Shown here: positions 45,721 to 61,100 of the stretch, in pieces | Layout of the letters: every line of letters begins with the position of its first letter | Numbering within the stretch: the first letter of the stretch is position 1 | NCBI RefSeq assembly: GCF_030028105.1 | Contig: NC_092382.1 | Location: 98,224,699-98,288,698, forward strand | DNA length: 64,000 bases | Direction: 5' to 3' | Source: Mobula birostris | Taxonomy: Eukaryota | Program-made: the position numbers and the translations under genes | The notes under the pieces: generated by a model | Told to the model about the DNA's origin: nothing | Databases searched by the model: none | Seen by the model: the letters and a program-made list of their open reading frames with translations, nothing else

Positions 45721-48700
45721 ACTCCAAGCAAACGTTTCCCTAAATTGTCGATTCCTATCCATCTCCAATGGTTGTGGTTAAGGAGATAGAATTGTGATCA
45801 CTATCTCAAAAATACTCTCCCACTGAGAAGCCTGACACGTGACTCGGTTCATTTCCCAATACCAGATCAAGTACAGCCTCTGCTCCTGTACGCTTATATG
45901 CATATTGTGTCAAGAAACCTTCCTGAGCACACCTAACCATCTCCATCCCATCTAAATCAGTTACTCAAGGAAGATGCAAAACAAATTAAAATTAAAATCT
46001 CCCACCACAACAACCCTGTTATTATTCCACCTTTGCCGAATCTGTTTCGCTATCGGCTCCCAGATTTCCCTGTTGCTATTGGCTTTTCTATAAAATCACC
46101 CATTAGAGTCATTGACCCCTTCCTATTCCTAAATCCTCTCGCAGAGACTCCGTTGACAACTCCTCCATGTTTTGCTCCTTTCCTGATCAACTATCCTTGA
46201 TCAACAGTACCATGTCTCCATCTTATTTACTTCCCTCCCTGTCCTTTCTAAATCAGCTAAAGCCTGACACTTGAAGTAACCATTCCTGCCCCTGAACCAT
46301 CCAAGTCTCTGTAATGGCCAGAACATCATAGCTCCATTCACCAAGTCTGTGTCAGTTTAGCAAATGCTGGATGAGGACTCACAGGTCTCTTTGCAGTTCT
46401 GACTTCTGTCGTTTTTTTTTTTTTTTTTTTTTTCCCTGGTCTGTAACATAGTCTACATCTTTATCAGTTCTATCAAAATGCATGACCATTCAGTTCCCGG
46501 AGCTCGACTGAACTGACTTTATTTCTCACATCGTCCACATACATGAGGACGAAAAATCTTAACGTCTCCGTCTAAATGTGATATGTGTAATCATAGTCAT
46601 TTATAATAATGTTGAACTTAAAATAGACTCAAATCAGTGTGAGCTTATCTGTCTGAGGGCCTGGGGGCAGAAGTTGTCCCGGAGCCGATTGGACTTGGGT
46701 TTTATGCTGCGGGATTGTTGCCCGGATGGCAGCAGCTGGAAGAGATGGTGGCTGGGGTCACTTGGGGTCCCAGTGATGCTGCGGGCCCTTTTTACACAAC
46801 TGTCTTCGTAAATGTCTTATATAATGGGAAGTTCACAACTACAAATGTGCTGGGCTGTCCGCACCACTTTCTGCAGAGTATTCCATCTGTCAGTTATTTC
46901 CCCATTCTCCCAGTCTCTCTTCGTCCTTCTGTAGTCTCTCCACTTTCTGAAAACTACTTGACTCTTCACCTATCTCCGTATCCTCTGCAATCTTTGCAAC
47001 AAGACCATTAATTCCGTCATCCAAATCAAAGACATATAACGTAAAACTAATCAGTGCCAACACAGAAACCTGTGGAATACTACTCGTCACCAGCAGCCAA
47101 CCAGGAAAGGCTCCTTTTATTTCTTCTCTTTGTCTCCTGACAATCAGACACTGCTTTATCCATTGTCCCCATTGCAGACCCTGATTGGATTCTTGTCTCT
47201 TTTTTCGTTTGACGACATTTACTTTATTTCCCTTCATCTCCCAAAATTGGTTTCGCTTGCCAGCAATTGGTAACGAACTCCAATTATTGCAGTCATAGTC
47301 ACGGAGCACGAGTTACAGCCCGTCGGATCAATCAAGCAATGCCGAGGTCATATCGCTGTGATTTCCATCCCTCCAAGTACCCCCCCATTTGTTTCTTGAA
47401 TGATACAATCGTCTGTTTCTCAACCACTCTCACTGGTATAATTACACATCCTCTCAAATCCATCTATTTTAAAAAATTGCCCTTCCGGTCCCTACTGAAA
47501 CTTTTTATCCTATCTCTCGATCGTATTGTACCTGATTTTGCCTCTTGCCGTTTCAGCTCGTTCCCATAACACGGCCTTCGCAAGAAATCTTCCAGTAATC
47601 TGTCCTACCCCATCACCTGAACGCATGTCCACAAGATTTAGACTCCCCTATCCAGGATCTCATAAGACTCTTAACATCCACCTCGTCTACGTCTGTTGAC
47701 TTTTAAAATAAAGTCCTGCAACTCCGTCCCTCATTCTATTAAGTTCCAAGTACAAAAGAACCAACATGGCCTACCAGTCTCCATACCCCAAGTCCTCTCG
47801 AGCTGGGTACATGCCCGTAAATCTTTCCTACCCTTATTTCTGACCAACGGCACTTTTGCATGGTAACCAAATACAGTACTCAGTTTTACGACTGAGCCCT
47901 GATCAGCGAATCACAGAACTGCAACATGATCTCAATACGACTCTCCTGAAATTCCTGTTTGAGAAAGTCTGGCGGACTGTACGCTACTTTTCTATTGCTG
48001 ACATGTAATAGCTTACAGAATAGTTATCGAGAACCTCTGCTTGGTGTCCGAGTCCAAGGACACTCAAAGCTGCTACGCAAGTTGACTCTGTGGTGAAGAA
48101 GGTAGAAATTTGACCTACTACCTGTCAGTTTTCTATCTAGCCCCGAAACAATCATTTTTGTTTGTGGAATGAGAGTATCCTTCCATTTTCTTCAAAGGCA
48201 CATGTCTGTCTCAGCTTCCGCAGGCAGCTGTGCAGACTAAGCTGCTGGGTAGATTCAAGGCAGAGGTTGATAGTTTCTTGGTAGATCAGGGGAATAAGAG
48301 ATACGGGGCAAGGCAGGAGATTTTGGCTGTGAGGAAAATTGGATCAGACATGATAAAATTGCAGAGCAGAACGATGGGCAAAAGTGGCCTCATTCCACTC
48401 CAACATCTCATGGTCTGATGGTCCGAATGTCAGGATTATTCGCAGGGACAGAGATTTTGGTGGGGCCCACATCCAACTTCTCGCGCGATTTGATCGTGGG
48501 TGGGAGGTTTTGAAATTCAAAGACGCGTTATCCTTCATTAAGGAGAGGTGGACACAGCTGGACTACTTTCCCCAGAGCGGCGGACCGCAGAAGCAAAATT
48601 CGGCCGTTGCTCCATCGCATCTACAAAAGAAAATCGCATAGATGCTGCTTGACCAGCTGCGTTTCTCCAAGATTTTGTGTGTGTTGATTTAGCTTTCCAC

Positions 48701-51700
48701 CATCAGTAGAGCTGTTGTGTTCATGATTTGCTGCTGCATTACCAAGTGCCCTCGAGGCAAGCCTACCTTGAAGAAATCTAAAACCTCATTTCAACAGGAG
48801 TTCAGTGAGAGCCTTTCTGACTGCACCCGATCTGTACCATCAGATTCCTTCCTCTCCCACCCTTTTCCTTTCCCAATCATCTGACTTCACCTTTAACCTT
48901 CTAACTATCTTTCTTATCACCCTTAATCCCACTTTTAATTCTGGTGTCTTTCCCCACTCTTCCCAGTCCTGTTGATAGGTCCTGGTGCACAACATGGACT
49001 GTTCATTCTTTTCCATAGATGTTGAGTTCCTCCAGCAATTTGAAAGAAGAAATGCACTTTCTATTTTTATTCTTCAAACGAAAATGGAATCAACCGGCCA
49101 TTCTGTTTGGCTGATTGACGATCCCTCCCAACCCCATTCCCCTACCTTCTACCGTAACCTTTGATGGTCGTAATAATTATAAACATTTCAAACTCCGCCT
49201 TAAAGATGCCCAACAACTCCACCTCTCGTCTCTTCTGTTCAGCTGACTTACCATTATACTCCAGCTGGAGAACCTCCGTCTACCCTTTCGTCCATTGCCA
49301 ACTCCTCACTTTCCCTCTTCTTTATTCCCTTCCCTGTTCCACCTATCTCCTCACAGGATTTTAATTCACCCCCATCGGCCCACTCCCGTCACCTTATTTG
49401 CCTTACCACCAGTCAGATTGTAATCTCTCCTCTCATCCCGCTGAACCCACACGGCCCCTTGCCGTTCCCAATCCCTATGAAGGATCTCGCTCGGAATTGT
49501 CAATTGTTCATTCCCTGCTTTAGAATCCAAACGTGGGAGATTGCAGACACAGGAATAGACGCTTCGCCCAAAATTATCGTGCTGAAGGAGTTAAATTAGT
49601 AACCAAGTGGCTAACTGATCTTTTCAGCTTACATAATGGGCATATATTATCCATTTATTTTCCTCATGTTCACATGCCTATCTGAGCTTGTCTAAAAAGT
49701 CACTAATCATTGCACCTCTGCCACCACACCAGGAAGAGCATCCCAATCACCCACTATTCTCTGCGTGAATGTCTTGCCCCTTGTAGGTCATTTGAATTTT
49801 CCACCTTCTTAACTTTAATTTCTCCGGCACTTTGTGTATGTCTCGAATATATATATGTATTTGTGTTGTTGTTAAGATCATTAATCAGCCTCTCTGTATT
49901 CATTCGAGACTATTATGTATATACACAAACCCCGGAACAACTCCCTGTTAAACACTGCCTATGGTTTGCTCTTTGTGCGATATTTATTTTTTTCTAATGC
50001 GATACACGGGTTACCACATTGAAATGTCTGAATTGTTGTTTGTCACCTTCTAAGCGGCATACCTATCGCCGTTCTTTCTGTTTTTTTTTGTCTATGAGTG
50101 TGTCAGACAGCGGAGTTACTGAATTACCTGAGCACGAATGGGTGTTTCCGTTCAAGCCGATCAAGCTGAAGTTTTTTCTTACACTTCAGCCGGTCCAGTC
50201 TTGGTGTTCTCTCCTGTGTCTCTATATTAATAAAAATACCTCCTTTTCCTGAATTCCCTATCGTATCGAAGCAACGTGGACACCGAACTGATGTGTTAGG
50301 TTGACAAAGTTGTTAGTTCTGGACCGAATTTTCCAACCCAACCAACCTTCCTCAACATCCGCAACTCCATCACGTTGTGGGTCCTCTGCTAGCGTATGTA
50401 TGTGTTGTCTGCATTTTCATCCAAGTAAAACGCCAGAACTTCTCCAACACATGTCAAGTGTGTTTTACCTGTACCACTACCCTCTGTCCACAGTCTCTGG
50501 ACCAAATTAGGATGGATGCTGTGCAATGAATCTTCGTGTTCTGGATCACCCTACCTGGTAAGTGTCCTTCTCAAAAGTCTGACTTACAGTCCCTTCCACC
50601 TGGTCGGGACTCAGGTGGCACAATGCCTCAGCGACCCCATTCATGGGACAATTGACAATGATCAATTAACCGAACTCAATGTTTGGACTGTGGGAGGAAA
50701 CAGGAGCACCCCGAGGAAACCCACGCGGCCACGCTTTACAGGCAGCGGCCGGAACTGAGCACAACGGTGAATAATCAAACGGAAAAGGGAAAGGGCCAAT
50801 GTAGGAGGGACTGAGTGAAGAATCGCATCGGCGTTTCGGAGAGTTCCAATCAGTATCTACCTGTATAATGAGTGTAACCCTCCATTTTCCTCATAAGCAC
50901 ATGTCTATCTCAGCTTCCCTTTAAGGTCACTACTCATTGATCTCAAACACCACACAAGGAAGTGCATCCCCTGCACTCTTTGTTTAAAGGTCTTTCCCTT
51001 TAATGCTTATTTAAAATTACCACGTGAAAATTCCACGTCACGTTGTGCATGTTACTAAATAAATGATTCTGGTGTCCTCTGCAGGATTCTTAACCAGTCC
51101 ATTTTCATACATCTGAGCTTCCAGTGGTCCTAATCATGTGACAATTTTCAATGACCCATCAAGCTATTAGCATTTGGACTGCGGGAGGAATCCAAAGACC
51201 ATAAGAACACCGGATGATCAAACAGAGAAGGGAAAAAGGACAAACTCCGGCGGACGGAGCAAAGATGTCGGTCGATGTTTCGGAGAGGTTACTTTCTAAT
51301 CAGTAGCTCAGGTGGAATACTCCACAGCAAGACAAAATTCCTGAAGGGTCAGCGGGAAAAAGCTCTGATGTATCCATACCAATTGAAGGAGTTTCTGCTA
51401 GAGCCATACTTCTGGGAGCATCTCACATTTCGTGCCGAATCTCAATAAATAAATAAACATCCGGTGTCTTTTCCTCAGCAATCACCTTCCCCACATACCC
51501 AATATACTCAGTCAAATTCGACAGTTCGGACCACCACTGCACAAAGTGTCCAAGATTTCGTTTTTATTTTCCAGAAGGGATTGCGATAGCAATTGCTGCT
51601 TGAGACGTACGAAGGACGATTGGACGAGTGGTTTTACGAGTTGGAGTTACTGAATTAGCCTTGAGGTGACAGGCAGATTCCAAAGAACTCAGGATCAAGT

Positions 51701-51927
51701 GCAGATTTGCAAACTATCTGCGGTAACTAGTCTTCCCGAAACAGGTCAACGGTTGCGCATCTTGGAAACAGAATCTGTCGCCATAGGAAAGGTATGAAGC
51801 TGCATCGGGCGTACCTGATGGTGCTCGTGAATAGAAAGAGGGATCTAATCGGGGCTGCCAACAGTCCCAATGGAACTGCACATGCCATTGAAGATATGGG
51901 ATATGTTGTGGAGGTAGGGGATAAGCG

Positions 51928-52853
51928 TCACCAAGGATTAATGCGGTCCTGACAACGCCGAGTGAACTTTGCCATGAGAATTAAGGGCGATTTCACTGTC
52001 TCCTTCAGCTGAACTCTGAACCTGGCCTGGATCACGGCGTAAAGGGCCGTGTTGGTGCAGCAGCTCAGCAGTTGCAGCATGTAGCCCAGTTCCCGCTGAG
52101 AATTCGGGGGTATCACGTATAAGTAATAAATCAAGCTATCCCATACGGAATACACCGTCAGCAGCACCCACAGCAGGATGAAATTCCCCGACATCACCAG
52201 CAGTAACAGGAGGGATTGCCTGCGGTTCTTCATTTCCGGGTCGGCGGGCGTCTCGTCATCGCGCGAACCACGGAGTCTCCTCCGGGCTCTGCTCGCTACT
52301 AAGACGTGCCTGATGGTTAAGCTGTTGAGCAGGAGAATCAAGCCAAAGGGCAATGTAGGGGTGAGGAGGAAATGAATCAGTTCAAATGTTGCCTCCTGAG
52401 ATAGGGAAAAGAAACCATGTCCACTCAGACAGAGCAAGGACGTAATTGACATCGAATATGTCCCTTCGAGCATAAAGTGCCAGAATATGTTTTTTACGCA
52501 GCTCAGCACAGTCACGGTCCAGAGAACCAGAACAGCCGCCCTGCCGGTGCAGTATTTTCGTTTCAGCTTCTGAAAACAAATGGCGACAAACCGATCAAAG
52601 GTGAAAGAGACGGTGAACCAGACAGAACAGTCCGTGGCGGCGTAGAACAGGGCGGCGTGTATATTACACACCGGAAAGCGATTCGACCAAAAGAAAACCT
52701 CCAATGGGATGTAAGTCATCGGGATCTTGCTCAATATCAGATCGAAGAGAATGACGAGCTGATCCGCTGCTACCATGGCAACCAGGTACCTTGTGACGCC
52801 TTCGGAGAGACCGCACTTTCCCCGAGACAGGATGACTATTGTCACTAGGTTAA
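51928..52853 (-). CDS. GPR139-like GPCR copy C, exon 2
   Basis: AG acceptor, 308 codons to stop. Protein is 368 aa. Confidence 0.93.
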
Positions 52854-54948
52854 CTGTGCGGAGGGCAATAAAGACCAGGAACACATATTTGGCTGGAAAC
52901 ATTCTCTGAAAATAATATTTAAATCGATAGCACTTCCGAGAGCCCAGATGGGTTGGAATTTATGAATCCACTAAGGAGAATATCGGGAGCTATTATTAAA
53001 TTGGAAGACATCCCCTTGGAACAGAGATGGGGAGAAGTTTCTCGACCCAGAAGCTGGTGAATGTGGGGAGTTCACCGCGACAGACGGCTATGGGGGCCAG
53101 TTAATTAGAACCATTCGCAGAGGGGAGGATGGGCTATTGATTCATTGGGGCGCCGATGACGGCGGAACAAGGCGCCAGAATATGGTTGCGAGGGATAATA
53201 AATCAGATATATTGGAATGGGGAGAAGGCTCGGTGCTCGAATAACCGAATTCAGCTCCAAAGCCTTCTGGACTAATCAGTGATATCAACTGATGTCTGGA
53301 ATGTATTCTGAACTTTTGGCATCAGAAGAAAGAGTTACAGATGGGAGGTGTTAAGAGAATAATTAACTGATTAATGTACCAGGGATCACGGTGACAGAAA
53401 TTGAACTCCCCTTACTTGTTTACACGGGTGAAAATGAGAACATAAGTACATTAGTAATAGGAGCAGGAATAGTCCATCTATTCGGACTGGCATGATCCAG
53501 CAGTGAAGCTGATCATGGCTGATCTGACCATGGATTCATCGCTGCTGAACTAACTATTCCTCATAACGCTTAATTCGTCTCCTATGCAAAAGCTACGGCA
53601 GCCAGTCTAAAGTATGTTTATTGATGTAGCCTCCCCTACTTCACTGAGCAGAGAATTCCACAGATTCACCGGTATCTGACAGAAGAAGTTCCTCCTCATC
53701 ATGCTCCTAAATTTACTCCCCAGAATCCTCATGCTATGTCCCGTAGCTGTAGACTCACCTTCCGGTGGAAACAACTTTCCTGCCAGCATCATATCTATCC
53801 CTTCCAGAATTTTATATGTTTCCGGAAGATTTCCTCTCATCCTTCTGTGTTCCAGCCAGTATGATCCCAGTCGACTCTGTTTCCCCTCATAGTTGAATCA
53901 ACTCATCTCCGCCTACACAGCCGGTTTTCCTTCCTCAAGTCGGGAGACCAGAGCTGCACAGTATCCCAGATGCCGTCTCAGCAGTACCTTGTGTAGTTGC
54001 AGCATAACGGTCGTGCTCTTAAATTCAATCCCTCTGGCAGCAAAGGCGAACATCCCATTTGCCTCCTTGATAGCCTGCTGCCCCTGTAAACCAACCTTTT
54101 GTGAATCAATCACAAGCACTCCAACGTCCCTCTGCAATCGGTTACCACTTAAATAATATTCGGTTCTTCTATCTGCCCTCCCTAAGTGGATGACCTCGCA
54201 TTTCCGAACTTTACACTGCATCTGCCAGGCGCTGGTATGTGCACTGAACACATTAATATCCCTCTGCACGCTGTCAGTTTCCTCTGCACTCTTTGAGTCG
54301 GCGATAAATCATGGCAGTGATGATGCCCACGTGACCCCGGGTTTTTTTTTTAGCCCTTAAGTCATAGGAGCTACTTCTTTATTACTTTAATTCCGTTAAT
54401 CCTATATTCTGCCATCATATTTGACCTACTGAAATGAACGACCTTACACTTATCTGTGTTGAACTCCATCTTCCTCTCCTTAGCGTAGTTTTGCATCCTA
54501 TCAATATCCCGCTGTAATCTCTGACACCCCTTCACACGATCCAGAACACCTCCAACCTTTGTATCATCAGCAAATTCACTAACCCATCGCTCCACTTCCT
54601 CATCTACGTCATTTATGAAAATCACGGAGAGTAGGGGTGCCAGAACAGATCCCCGAGGCAAACCACTGGTCACCGACCGCAATGCAGAACATGACCGTCT
54701 GCAACAACACTTTGCCCTCAATGGGCAAGCCATTTCTGGATCCACTCAGCAATGTCCCCTTGGATCACATGCCTCCTTGCTTTCACAATAAGCCTTGCAT
54801 TATCAAATACACTCAGCCGATGTTTGCTGAAGCGACACCGGTTGGAAAGACCGGCCTTGCAAGTAACGAGTCGTTAGAGGACAGGTATGAAAGAGGGGCT
54901 GACTTATATTTTTCAACGTTAATCATGAGGACGAGACCGGACACTTAC

Positions 54949-55129
54949 GAAGAAGTGCTACAATTGCGAGTGCCGGGTAGTAAACCACTTGGAATGTCAC
55001 AAGCGCAAGTTCGATTCGAGAGTCCAACGTCAGCCGTTCGTAATTTTGAAGAAGATATTGATACGCCCAGAACATATTCTTCGCGATTCCCGTAGCACTG
55101 GGCATAGCATTTCGGAGATTATAATCCAT
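54949..55129 (-). CDS. GPR139-like GPCR copy C, exon 1
   Basis: MDYNLRN...YYPALAIVALL C|GTAAGT, 181 nt. Confidence 0.88.
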
Positions 55130-58100
55130 TGCTGCGATCGTCTAGATTCCTGTTCGCGACCCAGCCTCTGTCTTCTCTCGGTCAGCACCCGCTGGTCTCT
55201 GATAGCGTAGACTGCCTGTTCTCACTGACACTGTCGTTATGAGGGCGACATTTTAAGAGAACAGGCAACCAGCAGCCACACCTCCGCGGTGACGTCGACG
55301 ACCCCCCCACAGGCACACCCTTCATTAGGTTCTACGGAATGACAGGTGCAATTAAACCTTTACTTGCAGGCCGTCAAAGAAGCGATACAAAAGGAGAGTG
55401 GAGTTGTAAATAATAATCCCAGCAGTCGGCTATCCACGGATGCGTGCCGTGTCTGTAAAAGGACACAAAATCGAGACATTTACTGACACAGAGCAAAACA
55501 CTGATATACAACCAGTCTGGAAATAAAGGTACACGCTGCAAACAAAAAATAATACACAAACTCTAACAATAATAGAAACAGATTACAAATAATTATTGCA
55601 TTGTTAGTTCTTAAAATATAGTTGCAGATGTAGATTGAAAATGATATCGAATTAGATAATTCTAAAATAATGATTTTTAGAAACAGAGTTTTTACCAGCG
55701 GCCAATCGGGTCTTCGAGTTATTTGGGAAGAGATGACTTCAGTCAGCACGGGTATAGAAGTCGACGAAAACACGAGGAATTCTGCAGATGCTGGAAATTC
55801 AAGCAACACGCATCGAAGTTGCTGGTGAACGCAGCAGACCAGGCAGCATCTCTAGGAAGAGCAACAGTCGACGTTTCGGACCGATGCAGTCTGGCCTGCG
55901 GCGTTCACCAGCAACTTTGATGTGTGTTGCTTATAAAAGTCCACAGCGGGTCCTTACACTCAAAAGTTGCTTTGACCAACAGGTAGGCGGCGTTTGCGGT
56001 TGATTTGCAAGAGAAAGGCAGGGACAAATGTCGCAGCCGTCGTATGAATGGACCGTCAAGCTGCTGCTCGCCGAGGCGTCAGCTCAGGAAGGCTTCAGGA
56101 AAAGTAGGCAAAGAAGAGAAAATCACTTTGCTAAGAATTTTTTCTTTCCTTTCCTTCTTTCCATCTCATCAGATGGGAAAATCAGCTGCCAAGCCGGATA
56201 GTTAAATGCTCCTCTTGCGGAATCTGGGATGGCATAGAGAATTCTAGTAACCTAGTGGACGGCGAGAGCTGCGAGAGCTGCATTCAGCTGCAGCTTCTGA
56301 CAATCCGCTTTAAAGAGCTGGAGGTGGAACTGGACGAGCTCCAGAACAATCGGGAGGCTGAAGTTGTGATGGGCAGAACACATAGAGAGGGAGTTATACT
56401 CTGGGCGAGGGCACAGGGCACAGGAGACTGTGGCCATCTCCTTCAACATTTCGGATATTGTCACGGAGTTTAGCGAGCGGGAGAATCGTCTGACAGTGTT
56501 CAGTCTCAGTGTTCGTCTGTCCTGCACTTAGTTTGCCTCTGTGATTCAGAGGGGAAGTGGGCGTTGAGCGGTGTCTGTGTGTGGGGGGTCAGGGTGGGGG
56601 TTGGGTGGGGCGGCAGCGTAAAGGTCATGATGTGGTGCTAGGATACTCGATAGTGGTACGGACAGGTGCTCTGTCGGCGACAACATCAGCGATATATCGG
56701 ATCCTCTCCTCACCGTTCTTAACTGGGTGTGTGAGCAGCTAGAAATCGTGACCAATTGAGTATTCAATGACATGGGTACGATGAGCGACGAAGTATTTTA
56801 CGGCCAGTTCCGGGAGCTAAGAGCTAAGTAAAAAGGCAGGGCCCGTCTGGATTTACTGCCCGTGCTCCGGTGCTCCGGGCTTGTGAGGACGGAAGCAGGA
56901 AGACTATACAGATTAATAAGTTATTGAAGATTTGCTTTTATATCGCATTTTTCTGGAAACGGATGATAACTGTGCATTTGACTTCCCCACCGTTGTGTAA
57001 ATTTTCCTGCCGGAAATCTACCCAAACGGCTCTGCACCTCTGCTTGTTTCAATATTCTCTCCAGTGTTAAAACAGTCCAGGCCAATTTTGAGTTTGTACA
57101 GTTTATTACATGGCGTAGGAGTTGTTTTTATATACCAGTCCTCTGAAAATGGATTGGTACATGCATTTGGCTCCGTCACTACTGACTCAATCTGCAGATT
57201 TTCCTGTGTCCCTGCAGCACTGATTTTTTCGATTCAAGTGTTCCTCCCATTTACGAAATAGTCCAGGCCTTTATTACCTCTGCCAAAGTGTAAGACTGGG
57301 CACTTTCCTACATTATATTGCTTCATAGTTATTTGTCTCTTCTCCAGTCCGTCTAGTGGCTTCTGCCATGCTTCCTTAACCCTAGCTACCCTTCCATCTA
57401 CCCTCGCATGGCTCTCAAACCCTGCCGCAAATCAATCAAATTCTTCATTCAAATCATTGACGAACAACGGGAAAAGAAGCGGTCCCAACACCGATTGCTG
57501 CGAACCTCAACCGCTAACCGCCGTCCAATCAGTAAAGGGCCGACGCAGTGATTGGCTGAGTCTGGACATGAGGTTTCACCAGTTGCTGAGAAACAGGAAA
57601 GACAGAACAACTTACAATAGATACAAGAGTCATATTGGAACAAATTATACGACTACTGAGCAGTATTTACAGATGGGTTGATCCCTAATACCCGTCCGGA
57701 TTTAGTAACACAGGATAGACAAAGAACAGCAACTTATTCAATAGATAAAGCCATTGCAGGCATACAAAACCTACATAACTCAATGCTTGACAAACACTGA
57801 AATCTGCTGAATTAACCCATACATACTGTTCATATTGTATGCCTTCACACTATTGTCTGGGTTAGGTTTGATCCGCCGCAAGAATCCCCTCATAGCAAGT
57901 GTCTATAACAAATTTTGAAGCAAAAAAATCTTCTTTGAATGCATAAAGAGCCTATGTGCCATTGATAAATGGGTGATTCATTCTTAATGAATGTTTCGGA
58001 GAGCAGGGAAAGTGTATTTTTTTAGAGAAGAATGATTCGTTTATGGAGAATAAAACATCTACTATCACACAATAGCATGTCCTATTTTACCTAAGGCATG

Positions 58101-61100
58101 AAAACATAAAAGCCATAACGATTTCAATATATTTGTTGAAGTTGAAAACGGCAAGAGCATTCTGTAACTGTAGGGTTTACTTTATAAAAATTTACAACAA
58201 TTGCAACTATCAAACACTGTCCTCACTGCTATATCATATAATATCCTCATAACGACTGGGTAGTTATAACTATTAACTGTTAATCCAACATTAGCTAACC
58301 TTTAACTAACAAACATGGCATGTACAACTTCACCGTTTTAAGATTCCCTGAAACCGCAATTTCCCTTGATTTGACCCAGACTACTGGATCTAAAACCCAT
58401 TACAATAGCAACGGTTAAAATTTGACCCGGATTAGACTCAATGTGCAGAATTTTGTAGCACCGGTACAAAAGTATATATTTCTTTTCAATATCTTCATTT
58501 TGGCGCACTTTTGGTCACTATACATAAAGTCATCAAACTTCGGCTAAAAATTTAGTGTGTTTTTACTACTGTCAAATATCAAACCGGGTTCAATTTGACC
58601 AGAACAGTAAGTATGGGTTAACAGAGGAATGTAAAAGAGGATGGAACATGAATAGGATAAATATTGTTCTATTAATAATATTTATAACACGTATTATTTC
58701 ATTCGCGACAAAACTGCATTCAAGTTAGCCCTGTAGATAAAATGCTTAGGTAGTTTTCAAGAACGCTGCAACAGTAATCCCCTGTAAATGTTCCGAAAGC
58801 TCCGAGCAACTGAGAAATGGCTGTGTTTGGTTCAGGATTTATCAGAGGTGCGGTGAGTGCTGTTATCTACTCTCGTTCAAGAACCTGATGTTTCCGATGT
58901 CACAACTGCTCCTAATCCTGAATTAGGAATCCTGTATCCTGATTCAAGTCCCTGGTTGTAGAGAGAAAAAAATCAGCAAAGTCCTGCTGCGCCCTTGTCA
59001 ATAAGGCACACTTATTTCTTCACATAGAACATAGAACATAGAATAGTACAACACAGCCGAATATCAAACCATGCCTCAATATAACCCCCAACCCAACTGA
59101 AATTCCTCCATATACCTGTCTAGTAGTCTATTAATCTTCACTAATGTATCTGCCTCCACCACTGACTCAGGCAGTGCATTCCACGCACCAACCACTCTCT
59201 GAGTAAAAAACCTTCCTCTAATATCCCCCTTGAACATCCCACATCTTACCTTAAAGCCATGTCCGCTTGTATTGAGCAGTGGTGCCCTGGCTGTCCACTC
59301 TATCTATTCCTCGTATTATCTTGTACACCTCTATCTCGTCTCCTCTCATCCCCCTTCTCTCCAAAGAGTAAACCCCTAGCTCCCTTAATCTCTGATCATA
59401 ATGCATACTCTCTAAACCAGGCAGCATCCTGGTAAATCTCCCCTGTACCTTTTCCAATGCTTCCACATCTTCCCAATAGTGAGGCGATCAGAACTGGACA
59501 CAGTACTCCAAGTGTGGCCTAACCAGGGTTTTAGAGAGCTGCATCATTTAGTTCCTAGAAGGACACGTACATTCGCGAGGTGCCCATTGAATCTCCCCAA
59601 TATTTATAACTTCTTGTCCTTCCATAACCAGCGGCTGATAATTGATTCGGCCGTCTATCATGTCGCAGACACTTTCTCTGGGTAATTGGCAATCGGTTCA
59701 TTGGTGTGGAGGCACAGTGTAACTGTATGCAGTTTCTCTCTCTCTCTCTCTGTTCTGCAGGCCAGAAGGCCAGGATTGTACGTTTCTTTAAAGATATTGA
59801 GTTCGCAGAAAATAAATCCAGATTGCATACTACACTGTTACATAGAAAATAACCAGGTGATGAAACAGATTGAAACCAGTCTGCTTGTCCTGATGTTTTA
59901 AGCGGAGGTTGCAAGGTTGTTGATGAGAGAGGGTTATAAACATTTCGGGTAGAAGGAAGAGAATGGGGTTCAGAAAGGATAATAGATCAGTCATAATGCC
60001 AGGAAAAACTTCCAGTGACCGTTATTTCAATCTGGATAGCGTCTTATTAACGAGAGAGCTCAGACGAGAGTGGTCTTCTTACTCCGACCGATTAAGCGCC
60101 TATGTGTGCACGGTCTTTCATCAATTCTGTCATAGTTATTTTCCAATAAGAATTTATTGAGTATCCAAGCAAGAAAATGCATCTCGTGGTATATAGAAAC
60201 GTATATGTAGTGATTCCACCCCATTTGGTTTTGCTGCTGTGTAATTTGCAGCCCTGTTGCAAATTAGTGCCATGAAATAACAAACAGAATACGACTCAAG
60301 GGATTATATTTATGCATCTTAACGAACTGAGGGGTCAGTAAAGAGGAACAAACCGAAGAAAGCCCATTCCAATGAAACAGTCAAATACGCACATGTTGGA
60401 GTTAATCTTGATCTTCTTTGGTAATCGTTTGCTGGTCACTCGGTCAAGGTGAATCACACACCACCTTCAGAACGTCGCTCGCCGTCCATCTCGAACAAAC
60501 GGGTCTCCCAGCCGATTAAATCCTCCGATCTGTTGTCACGGCGTCTTCTTTCCTAATCTCCCGCCGAACCAAAAACAAAGCAAGACCCACCTTACTGTCT
60601 CTTGCCAGAAAATCTCCCCCTAAATCTACCATTCCAATTCGATAGCACGCATTCGTTATCTTCAACAGTATCCCAAACAGGTTGCAGCAGAACAGACTGC
60701 TCTTACTGAACTGCTAAATGAAATACATAAAACATGCCCGGAAATGTATGAGGCAGGGAGTTATAGCACTTTGATCATCATTGTGCTTTGAAGTTTGAAC
60801 TTAGAGCAGATTCCTACACAAAATGCCGCCGAAACTCATCAGGTCAGACAGCATCTCTTGTCATGAATAAGCGCTCGACGTCGCGGGCCGACAGCATTCA
60901 TTCGGACTTGACAGCAGCAATGCACGTTTACTGTCTACATAGTTTTGATCAGTTCCCTGCACGTCACCGATATTTGCAAACGATCATCGTGGCACCGAGC
61001 CGAAGCAAAAACTGATAAAAAATAGTTCTGTAGCTGTCATCAACTTTACACCACAGAAACATAAGACTATGAAATATAGGAACAGAATTAGGCCATTTGG

